Below, piece after piece: positions 1-14,477 of a DNA stretch of 64,000 nt. Where the stretch lies: assembly GCA_964016885.1 (NCBI GenBank), contig OZ024746.1, positions 53,630,001 to 53,694,000 of the forward strand. The letters are read 5' to 3'. The stretch is from Eledone cirrhosa. Taxonomy: Eukaryota. The notes beneath the pieces were generated by a model. That model saw only the letters and a list, made by a program, of their open reading frames with translations. It searched no databases and was not told where the DNA came from. Both the position numbers and the translations under genes were made by a program. Position 1 is the first letter of the stretch. Every line of letters begins with the position of its first letter.

Positions 1-649
1 TGAATATGTGTGCATGAATGTATATATCCATATGTGTATGTGTATGGTGTATACGTGAGTATGTACGTGTGCGCGCGAAAACAAGTCATCTCTTATCTGT
101 ATCTGTGTGTCTGCTTCACTCTCGATCACAGCTTGTCAAAGAAATTGGGTAGAACACACACACATACATACATATACACCAGACTTGCACACACATATAT
201 ACACTCAAACACATATATACACACACACACTTTTATATGAATTAGAACAACGCGAAAATAGAAAGAAATGCAACAACAATAATAAGAACAATCACAGCAG
301 CAGCTACGACAGAAAGTACAACAGCAGCAACAATAACAAGAGTAACGATGACAACAGCAGCAGTGACATTAATCACAATAGTGACAACAACAACAACAGT
401 AACAATAATAGCAGCACAGGTAGTAAGAAACATCAGCAATAGCAACAACAGCAATGCCAAGAATCACAGCAACGACAACAACAATAGCATAAAAATCCCT
501 CACCTGTAGCAACAAAGACGTCAGCAATAACACACACACACACACACACACACTAACACACAATGAATGCTGACAACCACAACAACAACAACAGTAACGA
601 AAACAATAAGACCGATAAATGGTAACAACAATAATCACAGTAACAACAA

Positions 650-1130
650 CAGTAATATTAGACACAAGGCCAACAATTTTGGGTAGGTGGGAGGGAGACG
701 AGTAAATCGACCCAAGTGTATTACTGCTACTTTATTTTATCGACTCCATAAGGATGAAAGGAAAAACAGTAATAATGGTTTTAGATTTAGGCACAAGGCT
801 AACAATTTTTGTGGAAAGGCGAAGTCGATTAAATAGACCCAAGTGTATTACTGGTACTTTATTTTATTGACTCCATAAGTATGAAATGAACAACAACAGT
901 AATAATGGTTTTAGATTTAGGCACAAGGCTAACAATTTTTGTGGAAAGGCGAAGTCGATTAAATAGACCCAAGTGTATTACTGGTACTTTATTTTATTGA
1001 CTCCATAAGTATGAAATGAACAACAACAGTAATAATGGTTTTTGATTTAGGCACAAGGCTAACCATTTTTGTGGAGGTGAGGAAAGTCGATTAAATCAGC
1101 CCCAGTGCATTACTGGTACTTTATTTTATC
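650..1130. repeat. 130-bp tandem amplification of a SINE 3' fragment
   Basis: 771-900 is identical to 901-1030, with diverged flanking copies. Confidence 0.9.
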
Positions 1131-1250
1131 GACCGCGTAAGGATGAAAGGCAAAGATAACCTCGGCGGGATTTGAACTCATAACGTAAAGGACCGTAACT
1201 ATAAGTAGTAAAGCATCTAGACCGACGTCCTACCGATATTGCTAATCCAC
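1050..1250 (-). mobile_element. tRNA-derived SINE (abundant family; ~25 copies or fragments, e.g. 4940-5110, 10685-11380, 15228-15360, 20345-21725, 30960-31105, 31770-32100, 33125-33350, 42440-43000)
   Basis: Minus strand has B-box GAGTTCAAATCC followed by GCCTTTCATCCTTxCGGGGTCGATAAAATAAAGTACCAG (resembling the Deu/Nin-type central domain as I recall it) and an (ATT)n-like tail. Confidence 0.85.
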
Positions 1251-1703
1251 CGTTATTACAACAGTAATAATAACAATAGAAACAATTACAGTAATTAACT
1301 TTGCCTTTCATCCTTAGGGGTCGATCAAATAAAGTACCAGTAATGTACTGGAGTAATTGCTGGCCTTGTGCCAAAAGTAGAAACAATTATAGTGAGAGCA
1401 TCAACCACAATAACAAGAGATTACAATAATGACGGTAGCGACAGCTAACAGTAGTAAAAACATTCACAATAAGAGTAACGAAAATAATAATAACAACAAC
1501 AACAATAACTATGTCGGTAGCGACAGTAACAGCAACCGCAACAATGAGATTAGCGACAGTTAACAATGACGCTAGCAACAGCTAACAATGTCAGCAACAG
1601 CAGTAATAGCCGCATTAACAACAACAGTCCCAAGAACAATGATAGTCGTTACAAGTATTTATACTAAGAATTCAACCCGAGAAAAAACATGGTAATATGC
1701 CCA

Positions 1704-3010
1704 GCCCAGGCCAGATGTGAAAGTAGGCTCCCAAATTTGGTAATAGGCCCAGGCCAGATGTGAAAGTAGGCTCCCAAATTTGGTAATAGGCCCAGGGCAG
1801 ATGTGAAAGTAGGCTCCCAAAGCTGGTAATGGGCCCAAGACAGATGTGAAAGTAGGCTCCCAAAGCTGGTAATGGGCCCAAGACAGATGTGAAAGTAGGC
1901 TCCCAAAGCTGGTAATGGGCTCAGGACAGATGTGAAAGTAGGCTCCCAAAGCTGGTAATCGGCTCAGGACAGATGTGAAAGCAGGCTCCCAAAGCTGGTA
2001 ATGGGCCCAAGACAGATGTGAAAGTAGGCTCCCAAAGCTGGTAATCGGCTCAGGACAGATGTGAAAGCAGGCTCCCAAAGCTGGTAATGGGCCCAAGACA
2101 GATGTGAAAGTAGGCTCCCAAAGCTGGTAATGGGCTCAGGACAGATGTGAAAGTAGGCTCCCAAAGCTGGTATTAGGCCCAGGGCAGATGTGAATGTAGG
2201 CTCCCAAATTTGGTAATAAGCCCAGGCCAGATGTGAAAGTAGGCTCCCAAAGCTGGTAATGGGCCCAAGACAGATGTGAAAGTAGGCTCCCAAAGCTGGT
2301 AATGGGCTCAGGACAGATGTGAAAGTAGGCTCCCAAAGCTGGTATTAGGCCCAGGGCAGATGTGAATGTAGGCTCCCAAATTTGGTAATAAGCCCAGGCC
2401 AGATGTGAAAGTAGGCTCCCAAAGCTGGTAATGGGCCCAAGACAGATGTCAAAGTAGGCTCCCAAAGCTGGTAATCGGCTCAGGACAGATGTGAAAGCAG
2501 GCTCCCAAATCTAGTAATGGGCCCAAGACAGATGTGAAAGTAGGCTCCTAAAGCTGGTAAAAAGCCCAGGCCAGATGTGAAAGTAGGCTCCCATAGCTGG
2601 TAATAACCCCTGGACAGATGTGAAAGTAGGCTCCCAAATCTGGTAATAGGCCCAGGGCAGATGTGAATGTAGGCTCCCAAAGCTGGTAATAAGGCCAGGC
2701 CAGATGTGAAAGTAAGCTTCCAAATCTGGTAATAAGCCCAGGACAGATGTGAAAGTAGGCGCCCAAAGCTGGTAATAAGCCCAGGCCAGATGTGGAAGTA
2801 GGCTCCCAAAGCTGGTAATAAGCCCAGGCCAGATGTGAAAGTAGGCTCCCAAATCTGGTAATAGGCTCAGGACAAATGTGAAAGTAGGCTCCCAAATCTG
2901 GTAATAGGCCCAGGCCAGATGTGAAAGTAAGCTCCCAAATCTGGTAATAAGCCCAGGACAGATGTGAATGTAGGCTTCCAAAGCTGGTAATAGACCCAGG
3001 CCAGATGTAA
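1704..3010. repeat. 43-bp minisatellite, about 31 copies
   Basis: Unit approximately GCCCAGGACAGATGTGAAAGTAGGCTCCCAAAGCTGGTAATAG. CAGATG recurs from 1712 to 3002, exactly 30 x 43 nt. Confidence 0.97.
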
Positions 3011-5819
3011 AATGTGGACTGTTGATGTTGGTTATAGACTTGGGTTAGACGTATAATGTAGACTCCCCAAAATGGTAATAAATAATAGATCCCATTTTAA
3101 ACTGATTATTAAGTATTGTAGCAGTCATTTCAACATACATAATTCATATATGGGTTACATGTAAGTATGTGGGGTGGTGGTGGTCTGTGTGTGTGTTTGA
3201 TGGGTTTATGTGGTAAGCAGATGAAGCTTACAGTGACTTATGGGCTCGTACGACACGTATTTCTTATTAATAGTGACATTGGTAAACATACACGACACAT
3301 CTGAAAGGGATTTACATTCAGTAAAGGGGTTGGCTACACAATAACTATAAGAACACTTTAATAAAGAAGTAAAAATAAATAGAATTAACAGTACATAACA
3401 GAGGAGGAAACGGGAAAGTTGGGGACCGACCTAAAGTGAAGGGTGTGACTAGAAAGTGATTTCGGTGATCCTCTCACAACCCCGGATTACCCTGACACAC
3501 CAAATGCAATAAATACTTCTTTTTTAGTGAACTTTCCTACAGCTAATCAAATTCCAGGCATTGAAAGACTGCGTCTTCTTTATGCAGCTTGTCATGGAGA
3601 CTACCGCGGTTCTTGCTCCTCCACCCCCCGGGCTGTCACAGAAGAGCGAAAGATGACTAAAACCCAGGCATTGATTGTTTTTTTTTTGTACCGGTTGACA
3701 TTGACACGTTTAATTGTGTCCCAGGTTCCTAGACTGCCGTTTTCGTACGTGGGTTGGTTGATGCAACGAGTATCATTTGCTGTTCTTCGTGGCAACGTTT
3801 TCATTATGGTGTCTGCAGGGGTTCATCCCGAGATATGAAGTCCAGTCTAGGGTGTAGAGTTTCCTCCCCATTATTCTCTCACTTTTCCTCGATGCCGAGA
3901 TGATATTGCAAATGTATTTTAAATGAATCATATAACAAAAAATTGCACAGATAATGTGGACTGATATAATTACGCCATTTTCTCCACCACTCTTACTTAC
4001 TTCCTTAAAATTTACTCCGGGGTAACACACGCCCCTCTCTATCGTCACAGACCTGTCAACTCCCCCCGTGCGACGTAGAGATCTTCCACCCACTTGGGGT
4101 GTGTGAGAGATTTTTTCTCTTGTGTAAATGGTTATAGCTTTCATTATGTAAAATCTCCTCATTTTGCCTCATTTCTCCCCGTTTTGGGGCACTTTTTACG
4201 TTTGGGTTTATAGAGGTTGGTAAGAGGTCTGACGTCATCTTCATTCTCAAACTGTATTTAAATAAGTGGATGAGGGCTTGTAACGAGAGAAGAAAAATAA
4301 CTGTCCCACATGTTAGATGACTGAGAATATAAGCCTTACACCAGGACGGGAGTCCACTCCATTGCAGGCTTAACTCCCTACCCCGAGCTTATGTTGGTTG
4401 TACTAATTTTTTTCAGATGAGTGTACTGGAGCAAATGAAATGAAAAGAATTGCCTTGCTCAAGAACACAACGCTGAAGCAATAGCAGTAGTAGTAGTAGT
4501 GGTTGTTGTCTTCGTCATCGTAGTAGTAATAAGAGCAGCAGTTACCAACATCACCCCAGCTAACAGGAACACCATCACTGTCATCATCACTGGCTGTAGC
4601 AGCCGTACTATCATCAACACTAGTACTATCACCAGCACTAACGTCATCATTAATACTATCGTCAACAATAGTATTACCATCACCATTACGGCGACAACCA
4701 CAGACTGAACATCATCACCACCACCACCGCCACCGCCACCGCCACCTTTCATTAACATTAGCCTAAAAGACGAAGCACTTCAATCAAGGTGATTTACAAA
4801 ATGAAAGTAGACACACCCACATTACTAGCTGCTGGTTTATTACATACAGTTGTAATTAGCTGCCGACTACTACTACTACTACCACCACCACCATTACTAC
4901 TATTACTACTGCTACTACTAGTAATAATAACAATGATTTCTGGTATAGGCACAGTGCCAATATTTTGGGGGGAAGGGAAAGCCGATTAAATCGACCCCAG
5001 TACGTTACTGGTACTTTATTTTATCGACCTCGGCGGGATTTCAACCCAGAGCGTAGTAACTAAATATCTTAAAGCCTTTTGTCCGACGCTCTACCGATAC
5101 TGCCAATCTATCCATAAATTAACGTGTAAGTGGTTGAGTATTTCATGATAAGTTTGTCATCTGTACACTTAATCTAATTCTCAAGTAGAATCAATATGAC
5201 ATAACATGTGACAAGACAGGATCTTTGAATTACATCAGACAGGTTTGTACATAGTTCACGTCTACACAATTTTACTCACAATGTTTTGGTCGCTCTATGG
5301 CCATTATAAAGTCCTAGATTCTACGCAAAGGGGTCCATCTCGGGAGCTCATGATTGCGAATAGAAGTTCTTAACCACTCTGCTTTTTTCGTGGACCAACT
5401 ATACTGTATATCGTTCACACTTTTTTTGTATACACAAGGGCCGTGAACTCTTGTTGAGGTCTCGAGCATTTGAACCTGGCAGAGCCCATCCCTCTCCAGG
5501 GCTGAACACAATCGATTTTTACCCCTGTGTGTGAGAGACAGAGAGAGAGAGACAGAGAGAGAGAGAGACAGAGAGAGGGTAAGGGATCGACGCCCATTAC
5601 TAGACTGGTTCTATACTTATCAATCTAGAAAGCATGAAAGGCAACGTTGACCCCAGTGTGATTTAAACCCAGAGAGCAAATAAGCAGAACGAATGATATA
5701 AAGGATTCTAATCGCCATATTTTATTGCACAACGCCACCTCAAAAATAACGTTAAAAAATCACTTAAAAAGTTAACTATAGGCAGGTGAGTGTCGTACCT
5801 ACGTTCGTTCTGATGATGA

Positions 5820-6080
5820 GTGTTCTTGTTCGATCAACGGGACGGCCTGCTCATGGAATTACCTTGTAAGTGGCTGAGCATTCTACAAACAGGTATACTC
5901 TTCACCTAGTTCTCAGAGTGTCACAGTCTGTGACAAGGCGGGACCTTTGAAACAGGTACATGTTATTTTATTCCAGCTGGGTGAACTAGAGCAATGAGAA
6001 ATAAAGTCTTACCCAACGCACTGCTGGGATTCGAACTCACGACCATACATTTTGAGCCGAACACACTAGCCACTAAGCTA
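5820..6080 (-). mobile_element. Second tRNA-derived SINE family (other fragments at 5105-5235, 8505-8760, 4400-4470, 48800-48900)
   Basis: Minus strand TAGCTTAGTGGCTAG (A-box) ... GAGTTCGAATCCC (B-box). The body is shared with the listed fragments. Confidence 0.65.
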
Positions 6081-6719
6081 TTCTAGCCGCCTTCACTAGC
6101 CAATCAATGTTTACAATAAACTCCTACCAGATATGTTAGAGGCATCGAAAATGCTTGGATGCCAACAAACCAAAACAAATGCTCATGTTTATGGCGGCGG
6201 ACTTCTCTATTTTGCATAAACATTTGACCAAACTAATTCGCATTGTATTCGAATATTCACGATAAATACCATAAGATAATGTGTACAACCCTCACATTTA
6301 TTTGGTTCTATCAACTTTTGTAGTAGTTTTGTTGTGAACAAATACGTGACATCAGAAATTCCATCTTTTTCTATTTGGTTATGTGTGCGTATGTGTTACT
6401 AGCTGGTTGTATACATGTATATGATTATTAATACTTGGTTGTCTGTGTGTTTGTGTGTGTGTTTATACATGTAAATAAATATAATTCTATTTACGCAGGT
6501 GTGTTTCTGTGTTTGTGTTTGGTCTCTCTGTGTTATGTATATATGAGTATATCTATTCGTTAGATTCTCTGGACATTTTTTCAGTGGACATGCTTCAGCC
6601 TATGCTGTGGCACTGTTTGTTTAGGATAAAAACCTCAATACTTTATACACACACACACACACACACATTATATATATATATATATATATATATATGGTTC
6701 ATTCTGTCATTACCACAGC

Positions 6720-6810
6720 AGAAGTCCGACGAGCTTTTGATTCCAGTGTCGGGCCAGATCGATACAGATCGAACCTTGAGCTGATCAATAGCGAAACGCG
6801 CGTCACTACT
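6720..6810 (+). ncRNA. Hammerhead motif of the same family as 55492, with a core mutation (CCGACGA)
   Basis: AGAAGT-CCGACGA-GCT...GAGCTGATCAATAGC-GAAA-CGCGCG-TC-ACTACT. Stem II resembles the 55505-55565 sequence, and stem III ACGCGCGT is palindromic. Confidence 0.6.
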
Positions 6811-7639
6811 CAATAAACATAATGAAGATATTACAGATCGTCCTTTTATTATTATATATATATTATTATTATTATACCTGTTCCAGCCATCCGGCTAAGG
6901 CCATGTTGGGGCACCTCCCTTATATATATAATATATGTATGTATAATTATTGATGTAAAGTTACCGGCAGGTAGAGTATTAGTAAAACCAACTGATGCAA
7001 GAACTATTTTCATGGACAATACAGTTCTTGCACTGACAGGTGAATATTATATATTTTGTTTATAATTTCCGAGAAAACCTCATCTGAAAGAATCTTCTTC
7101 CAGTATTGCTTGTCTTAATTTATTAAGATAGTCAATATTGTTGTTTCTTGATTCTAGTATTAGAACGGCTCCTTCACTATACAGTGATGGCCATAACTGG
7201 ACCCCAAAACTTAAGGTCGTGCATATACGTTAAGCGTATGACATTTTAATTATACTGTATATTTGTATGTATGCATATTGGCGTGTGTTTATGTGGGTGT
7301 GCGTGTATGTCTAGATATATGTGTATTTATGAGTTGTGCATGTGTGTGGAAAAGAATGTGTACATCTGCATACGTTTGAAAATAGAGAGGAAAGCGATGT
7401 TTCATTTCCAGCTCTGTTTGCATAAGGCACCACCACCACTAGCATCACCACCACAGAGGTGGCATCTTAAGGAGTTAAAATACATTAAGGGACAATAAAA
7501 CGATATATATTAAGTAAAGTCTACTATATTTTCATTAAACATCCGGCACTTGAAGGTGTTACAAGCAAGAAGGTGACAGGTGAAAGGGCTACAGTAAATT
7601 ACTGTACGGGATAGCAGGAAGTTGTATAAGTAAATTGTA

Positions 7640-8495
7640 TTTTTATAGGGAACAGTAGACTAGTGTTCAGTTTAGTGTAGTGTATTTTTGTAGGGAGCAG
7701 TAGACTAGTGTTCAGTAATGTGTAGTGCATTACTGTAGGGGACAGTACAATATATAGATTATAATGCAGCGTATGACTGTAGGGAACATAGACAATTGTA
7801 CAGTATAATGTTGTGTATTACTGTAGAGCGCTGTACATGGTAGTGTAGTGAATTATTGTAGAGGACGGTACAAGGTAGACAGTGTAATGTATTACTATAG
7901 AGGGTGGTACAAGGTAGACAGTGTAGTGTATTATTGTAGGGGACGGTACAAGTCATGCTGTGTAGTGTATTATTGTAGGGGACGGTACAAGTCATGCTGT
8001 GTAGTGTATTAATATAGGGGACAGTTAACAAGTGTCCAAGTAAAGTGTAGTATATTACTGTAGAAGGAGGTAGTATAATAATATAGTGTAGTATATTGTA
8101 GGGGACAGAAGGTATGCAGTGTAGTGTATTGAAGGGGACGGTACAAGATATACAGTGTATTGAAGGGGATGGTACAAGATATACAGTGTAGTTTGTTGTA
8201 GAGAACAATTGACAATGTATATAGCGTAGTGTATTATTGTAGGGGACAATAGACAAGATATACAGCGTAGTTTATTGTAGCGCACAATAGACAAGGTATA
8301 CAGCGTAGTGTATTGTAGGGGATAGTATACAAGGTATACAGCCTAGTGTATTTTTGTAGGGGACAAGGTATAAAGCGTAGTGTATTTTTGTAGGGGGCAA
8401 TAGACAAGGTATACAGCGTAGTGTATTGTAGGGGATAGTAGACAAGTGTACAGTAAAGTGTAGTGTATTACCATAGAGAGCAGAATACAGGTGTT
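7640..8495. repeat. Degenerate ~35-40-bp minisatellite
   Basis: Recurrent TGTAGTGTATTATTGTAGGGGAC..TACAAG unit. Confidence 0.85.
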
Positions 8496-8905
8496 CAAAG
8501 TATAATAGTTACGGTTGGACCGACGAATTAAGGAACGGCTTGCTCGTGAAATTACTATACAAGTCGACAGATGTGCCCTTGATATAAATCTATTAGGGAG
8601 ACTCACCGTAACTTGGTGTGTGATAAAGCCAGCTCTTTTGAACCACAACTCATTTTATTCATCTGCGTGTACTTGAGTAATGTGAAATGAAGTGTCTTGC
8701 TCAAGGACGCAACGTGGCGCCACAAATTGTTTACAAGCGTGAGATTCAACACAAAGTGTAATACAGGCTGTCCACAAAGTCACCAGAAAATTTTATACAA
8801 ATATATATATATATATACTCTAGGAATGTATCTTACATTGCCCATGGAGTGCGCTGAGATACAACCGGTACTGGCATTGATAAATATGCTGGGTCTGTCA
8901 ACCCT

Positions 8906-8977
<72 letters not shown>

Positions 8978-9545
8978 TCATCATCTTCGTTTAACGTCCA
9001 TTTTCCACGCTAGCATGGGTTATATATATATATATAAAATTGTCTACTGACTTTCTAGATAGCCTGTATATTTCCATAAAACATCCATTCTGTATTTCAA
9101 TGAAATTATACCAGAAAAGGATCTTTAAAAGATTATACATGTAAATGTAAGTATGTGTCCTTGGATAACATATATTCTGTGTTGCCGCTGGTAACCCCGT
9201 TAGGAATAGGTGGGGAATGGACGGCACAATTAATGCAAGGTAGCATTCAATACATTGAATAGAAGAAAGGATATATACATATATACTGAATAAATGACAC
9301 TTACGTGACTAGTTCCGTTTTCATTCATAATCTATCTACATATCTTTCTATCTATCTATCTACCTAGTTACTAATCGATTGATCGATCGATCGATTTATT
9401 TTCAGATTCTCACTCTCTGTATATGTATGAATACACAATGTATTATGTAATATATATTTAAACACATGCACTATGTATATATAAATTATGTATTAAATCC
9501 TAACAGGGTTTGTGTAAATTATGTATGTGTGTGTGTATATGATGA

Positions 9546-9668
9546 TGATGATTTCTCCCGAATGAAACAGTTCTAGTCTTGTAGAAGCCAATTCTATGTT
9601 AAATATTTATATTGAGTACTTTACTTACTCTGGTTACCCCTCCCCCCCGATTGAACCCGGGAAAAACT
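9546..9668 (+). mobile_element. Family B pLTR remnant (hammerhead 3' part plus tail)
   Basis: GATGATTTCTCCCGAATGAAACAGTTCTAGTCTTGTAGAAGCC...TATTGAGTACTTTACTTAC...CCGATTGAACCCGG then (TA)n. The tail matches the reverse complement of 36702-36785. Confidence 0.7.
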
Positions 9669-9701
9669 TATATATATATATATATGTTGTGTGTGTGTGT
9701 C

Positions 9702-9735
<34 letters not shown>

Positions 9736-9817
9736 CGTGTGTGTGTGTGTATGTGTATATATATATATATATATACGCGTGTGTGTGTCTGTGTATATAT
9801 ATATATACGTGTGTGTG

Positions 9818-9856
<39 letters not shown>

Positions 9857-9869
9857 GTGTGTGTGTGTG

Positions 9870-9915
<46 letters not shown>

Positions 9916-11719
9916 AGTCTGTGTGTGTATATATACATACATACATACATACATGTGTGTGTGTATGTGTATCATAGATAAAGACTACCTTAGGTATGCA
10001 ATACACACAGACAAACAGGAAAACAACTGAAGGTGAGAAATTATGTAAGGAATGAGGTTTAGTATGGAAATTATGATCACTCATTCATTCATTCTTTTAT
10101 TCCTCTATTCCTTTAGTCATACGAATTAAACACATGAATTTTTCAGTGAACAGAACAGAAAAAAAAACGTGTTGAGGGAAAAAAACATCAATAAATAAAT
10201 AGAAATAAATAAATGAATGAAAGAATAAATAAATAACAGAATAATAGAATATCAGAATATCAGAATATCCGTTTTAAGAAAACAAATCTTTACAACTGAT
10301 GTGTATGTGTGGGTGGTGGGAATATGTATGTGTGTGTGGGGCTGTATGTGTGTGTGGTACTATGTGTGTGTGTGTGGGACTGTGTGTGTGTGGGGGGGGG
10401 GGTGTATGTGTGTGTGTGGGACTGTTTGTGTGTGGGACTGTGTGTGTGTTTGGGGCGGTGTAAGTGTGTGTGGGGTTGTGTGTGGAGCTATGTGTGTGTG
10501 TATATGTGTGAGGCTGTGTGTGTGTGTGTGTATATGCGTGTGTGTATATGTATGTGTGTATATGTATGTGTGTGTATATGTATGTGTGTGTCAGTTTTTC
10601 CTGTCCCCCATAAAAAATAACCAGAACGTTAACAACAACCACAACAACCATATAAATGATGACGATAATAATGGGTTCTTATATAGACACAAGGCCAGCA
10701 ATTATCCCAGTGCATTACTGGTACTTAATTTCATCGACCCCGAAAGTATGAAAGGCAAAGCTAACCTCGGTGGGATTTGAACTCAGAACGTAAAGAGCCG
10801 TAACTCTATGCCGCAAAGAATGTTGTCCGACGCTCTACCGATACTGAATGATTTCTAATTGAGGCTCAAGGCTAACAACATAGCTGGGAGGAGAAAGTTG
10901 ATAATACCGACCCCAGCAGTTTACTGGTACTTTTTTTATTTATTCATCGTACTCGAAAGAATGTTGATTTCTTTGGTATTTGAGCCCAGAAGGAAAAGGG
11001 ATGTAACTAAATGATGCAAAGGATTTTGTCCGATGCTTTAACGATTCTGAAAACCCACACTAATTGTTTCTAACACTAGCAAAAGGCGAGCAATTTAGAA
11101 GAAGGGTAGGGTCGCATATATCGACCCAAGTACTTCGTTATTTATCGTACCCGGAAGGATGACAGGCGAAGTTGACCGCGCTGGGATTCGAATTCAGAAC
11201 GAAAAAAATCGAAACAAAAAGCAATGCATTTAGTCTGACACGCTACCGATTCTTCCAATCCACAACCCTCACAACAACACCGACGACAACAATAACATGA
11301 ATACTAATTGTTTCTACTTTTGGCACAAGGCCAGCAATTACCCCAGTGCGTTACTGGAAACTTTATTTTATCGACCCCGATATTTATGAATAATAATATG
11401 TTGACGATGATTTCCATTATTCGTGCAGGGACGTCCGATGAAGTGATCATTACATGGACAGGTTGCCTAAAGTGTGGGTGTTTACATAGAAATCAGATGA
11501 GATATATAGTAAATATATGCAGCAGTCCTCCCTATACAGGAGAATCTCCAAATAAGGACGACGAATGAATATCACTAATCCAGGTTGCCTTGACCACAAA
11601 GAGTATTGCCCTCTCCCGATTTTCCTGGTCCAATCTACAGGCACATGTAGTGAGAAGAAACACACTCTCTTGTCATTTTCACCACACTCATCCAATAATA
11701 ATAAGAATAATGCACAGAG

Positions 11720-11795
11720 ATATTGGGGGAAGTTATCTTCTGATGAGTAGACAAATCCTTCCGAAACTTAACAGAAAGATAATCTCTAATTTCAC
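11720..11795 (+). ncRNA. Degenerate hammerhead motif
   Basis: TTATCTT-CTGATGA(11740-46)-16 nt-GAAA(11763-66)-CTTAACAG-A-AAGATAA. Stem I is 7 bp, the cleavage triplet lacks its U, and stem II is weak. Confidence 0.45.
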
Positions 11796-11944
11796 CTAGT
11801 GTGTGTGGGCTGTGTACGGGGTAATAATTAAAAGTGTATACACTTGATAATTAATTCTTTTTACAGCGAAGGCTTGTAATTAAAACAAAAAGTCTGCAGA
11901 TATATCTTTAATAGATTTACTATAAACCCATCAAATGTCGCTGC

Positions 11945-12225
11945 TCACGCAGCAAAGTTCTCAACCGATTGGGTTTCACAGGAGTAGTAAAGAGGAGAGC
12001 AATTCAATCCACGAGTTAAGCCACAGAGAAAGACACTGGATGGCTTTGGATAAAAAGAGCTGATCAGTGCAGAGGTTATTTACTAATGGGACGCATGTCG
12101 GGGCCCAAATCAGCCTGGCTGGGTCACCTGGTCACAGGTATATGTTATTTAAAGACCCGAATCACCCAATGACACCAGATGACATTATTGATGATAGGTC
12201 CCAGCTCACCTACGAAGATGTGTCC
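11945..12225 (+). mobile_element. 3' fragment of a HERO-type (restriction-like endonuclease) non-LTR retrotransposon
   Basis: 11954-12070 translates KVLNRLGFTGVVKRRAIQSTS*ATEKDTGWLWIKRADQ, typical of a HERO C-terminus, followed by GGGTCACCTGG...AAAGACCCGAATCACCCAATGACACCAG, which resembles HERO 3' ends as I recall them. Confidence 0.72.
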
Positions 12226-12532
12226 CACACAATATGTAAATAATAATGCCCATAGTAGTAGTAATAACGGAAATAACAATAGTAAAAATAATAGTAATAA
12301 CGGTTTCTATTCTTGGCACAAGGTCAGCAATTTGACGAGAAGGGAAAGTCGATTAAATCAACCCCAATGGTACTTAAATTTGGTCCTTAAATGGTACTTA
12401 AGTTTGTAGGCCCGTAAGAATGAATGTCAAAGATAACCTCGGCGGGATTTGAAACAGGGACTTAGAAGACAATAGAGGTAGTGAATGCAATGGTAGATAT
12501 AAAGGGTATCAAGTGTTAAGGGTAGTACATAC

Positions 12533-12573
12533 CTCCAGTTGTCTGCCAACTTAGTCCTCCTATGAACATTTTC
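12533..12573 (-). CDS. msi: Musashi/Rbp6-family RNA-binding protein, 41-nt coding exon (G-KMFIGGLSWQTTG-, RRM1 RNP2)
   Basis: Minus strand has a poly-T tract plus CTCCAG| acceptor, then G AAA ATG TTC ATA GGA GGA CTA AGT TGG CAG ACA ACT GGA G, then a |GTATGT donor. KMFIGGLSWQT is the Musashi-type RNP2 motif. I found no next exon in 1-12532, so it probably lies left of the window. Confidence 0.93.
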
Positions 12574-14393
12574 CTGGAGAAAAAAAAAAAAAAAAAATGA
12601 ATGCTTGTTTTTCAGATACATCTTATGTATTTATATTTTTACAAACATACAAAGGCACGCGTACAACACATTCAGTCACCCATATATGATATTTTAAAGC
12701 TCCATTCTAACATGTGCGTCTTTATAGATATGTATGTGTGTGTGTGTGTGTATATATATTTATATGTAAATATATGTGTATATATATGTGTTAAAGTGTA
12801 TGTTTATGTGTATACGTATGTGTGTGTATGTATGGGTATATATGTGTATGTGGTGTGTGTATATATGTGTGTGTGTGTATATATATGTGTGTGTGTGTGT
12901 GTGTATATATATTTAAATGTAAATATGTGTACATATATATATATATGAAAGTTTATGTGTATGTGTGTGTATGTATGCGCGTATATATCTGTGGGTATGT
13001 GTGACTGTGCATACATATGTGTGTACGTGTATCATCATCATCATCGTTTAACATCTATTTTCCACGCTAGCATGTGTTAGACGGAATGAGTATAAATGTA
13101 TATATATACATGTGTATGTATATATATATAGGCATATGTGTATATGTATGTATATACATGTGCATATATATATAGGTATATGTGTGTATGTATATATGTG
13201 TATATGTATGTATATATATATATATGTGTATATGTATGTATATATATGTGTATATATATGTGTATGCATATATATATGTATATATATGTATGTATATATA
13301 TATATGTATGTATATATATGTGTATATATATATATATATATAGGCATATGTGTATATGTATGTATATATATATACGTATGTGTATGTGTATATGTATGTA
13401 TATATATATATATATACGTATGTGTGTATGTGTATGTATATATATATATACGTATGTATGTATGTGTATATGTATGTATATATATATATATATACGTATG
13501 TATGTATGTGTATATGTATGTATGTATAAATATATTGCGATAGAGATAATATGATTGATTGTGACTTCGAAGTATTGCAGGATCTATGACCTATTCATCC
13601 AAACAATGGACGCTACATTCTACACATGTATAAGTCGAGTCATTTAAATAGTCTGAGGGATAATAGTTTTTATTGGAGATAAGACCATATTATAACTACA
13701 CATACATACCACACAACACACACACCACACACTCACATAGACACACATACTCACATACACACATAACACACACTCACACACATACCACAAGCACACATAC
13801 AACACACACACACACTCATATACACACACCCACATACACACACCACACACTCACATAAACACACATAGACACACACTCACATAAACACACACATACCACA
13901 ACCACACATACAACACACACACTCACATACCACACATACACACAAATACACATAAACGCACACACCACACACATACACACATAATATATTAGTGTGTGCG
14001 TATGCTTGCCTGTATGCATATAGATATATATATACACACACACACGTGTGTGCGTGTGTGTGTGTGTTTATGCATTTCTGTATGTAAATAGTTATTCCGA
14101 CACACACATATATGTGTGTATATATAGCTATATACAAACGTACATACAGGCATAGATACGTATATATATATATACATAGTCATATACATGCATAAATACA
14201 TATATGCATGTATACACACATAATTTTAATTGGCAATTGTTTTATTCTGGTTATTATTCCAGATTTTCTCGACGATTACACACGCACACGCACATGCATT
14301 CACTCACACACACACACACACAACCACTCACTCGCACACATACATACATATGTTTGTGTGTATGTGTGTGTGTGCAACGTAGATGGTTTTAAT

Positions 14394-14477
<84 letters not shown>

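Noticed and set aside
1704-3010. CRISPR-like array or repeat-protein ORFs on the minus strand
   Set aside because: There are no unique spacers or cas genes, and the context is eukaryotic. The ORFs arise because a 43-nt unit cycles through three stop-poor frames.
3527-4250. Possible piggyBac (GGVDR, INAWVL) or GIY-YIG (KLYTL..GMN) remnant
   Set aside because: The motif matches are short and mutually inconsistent, and cannot be assigned without a profile search.
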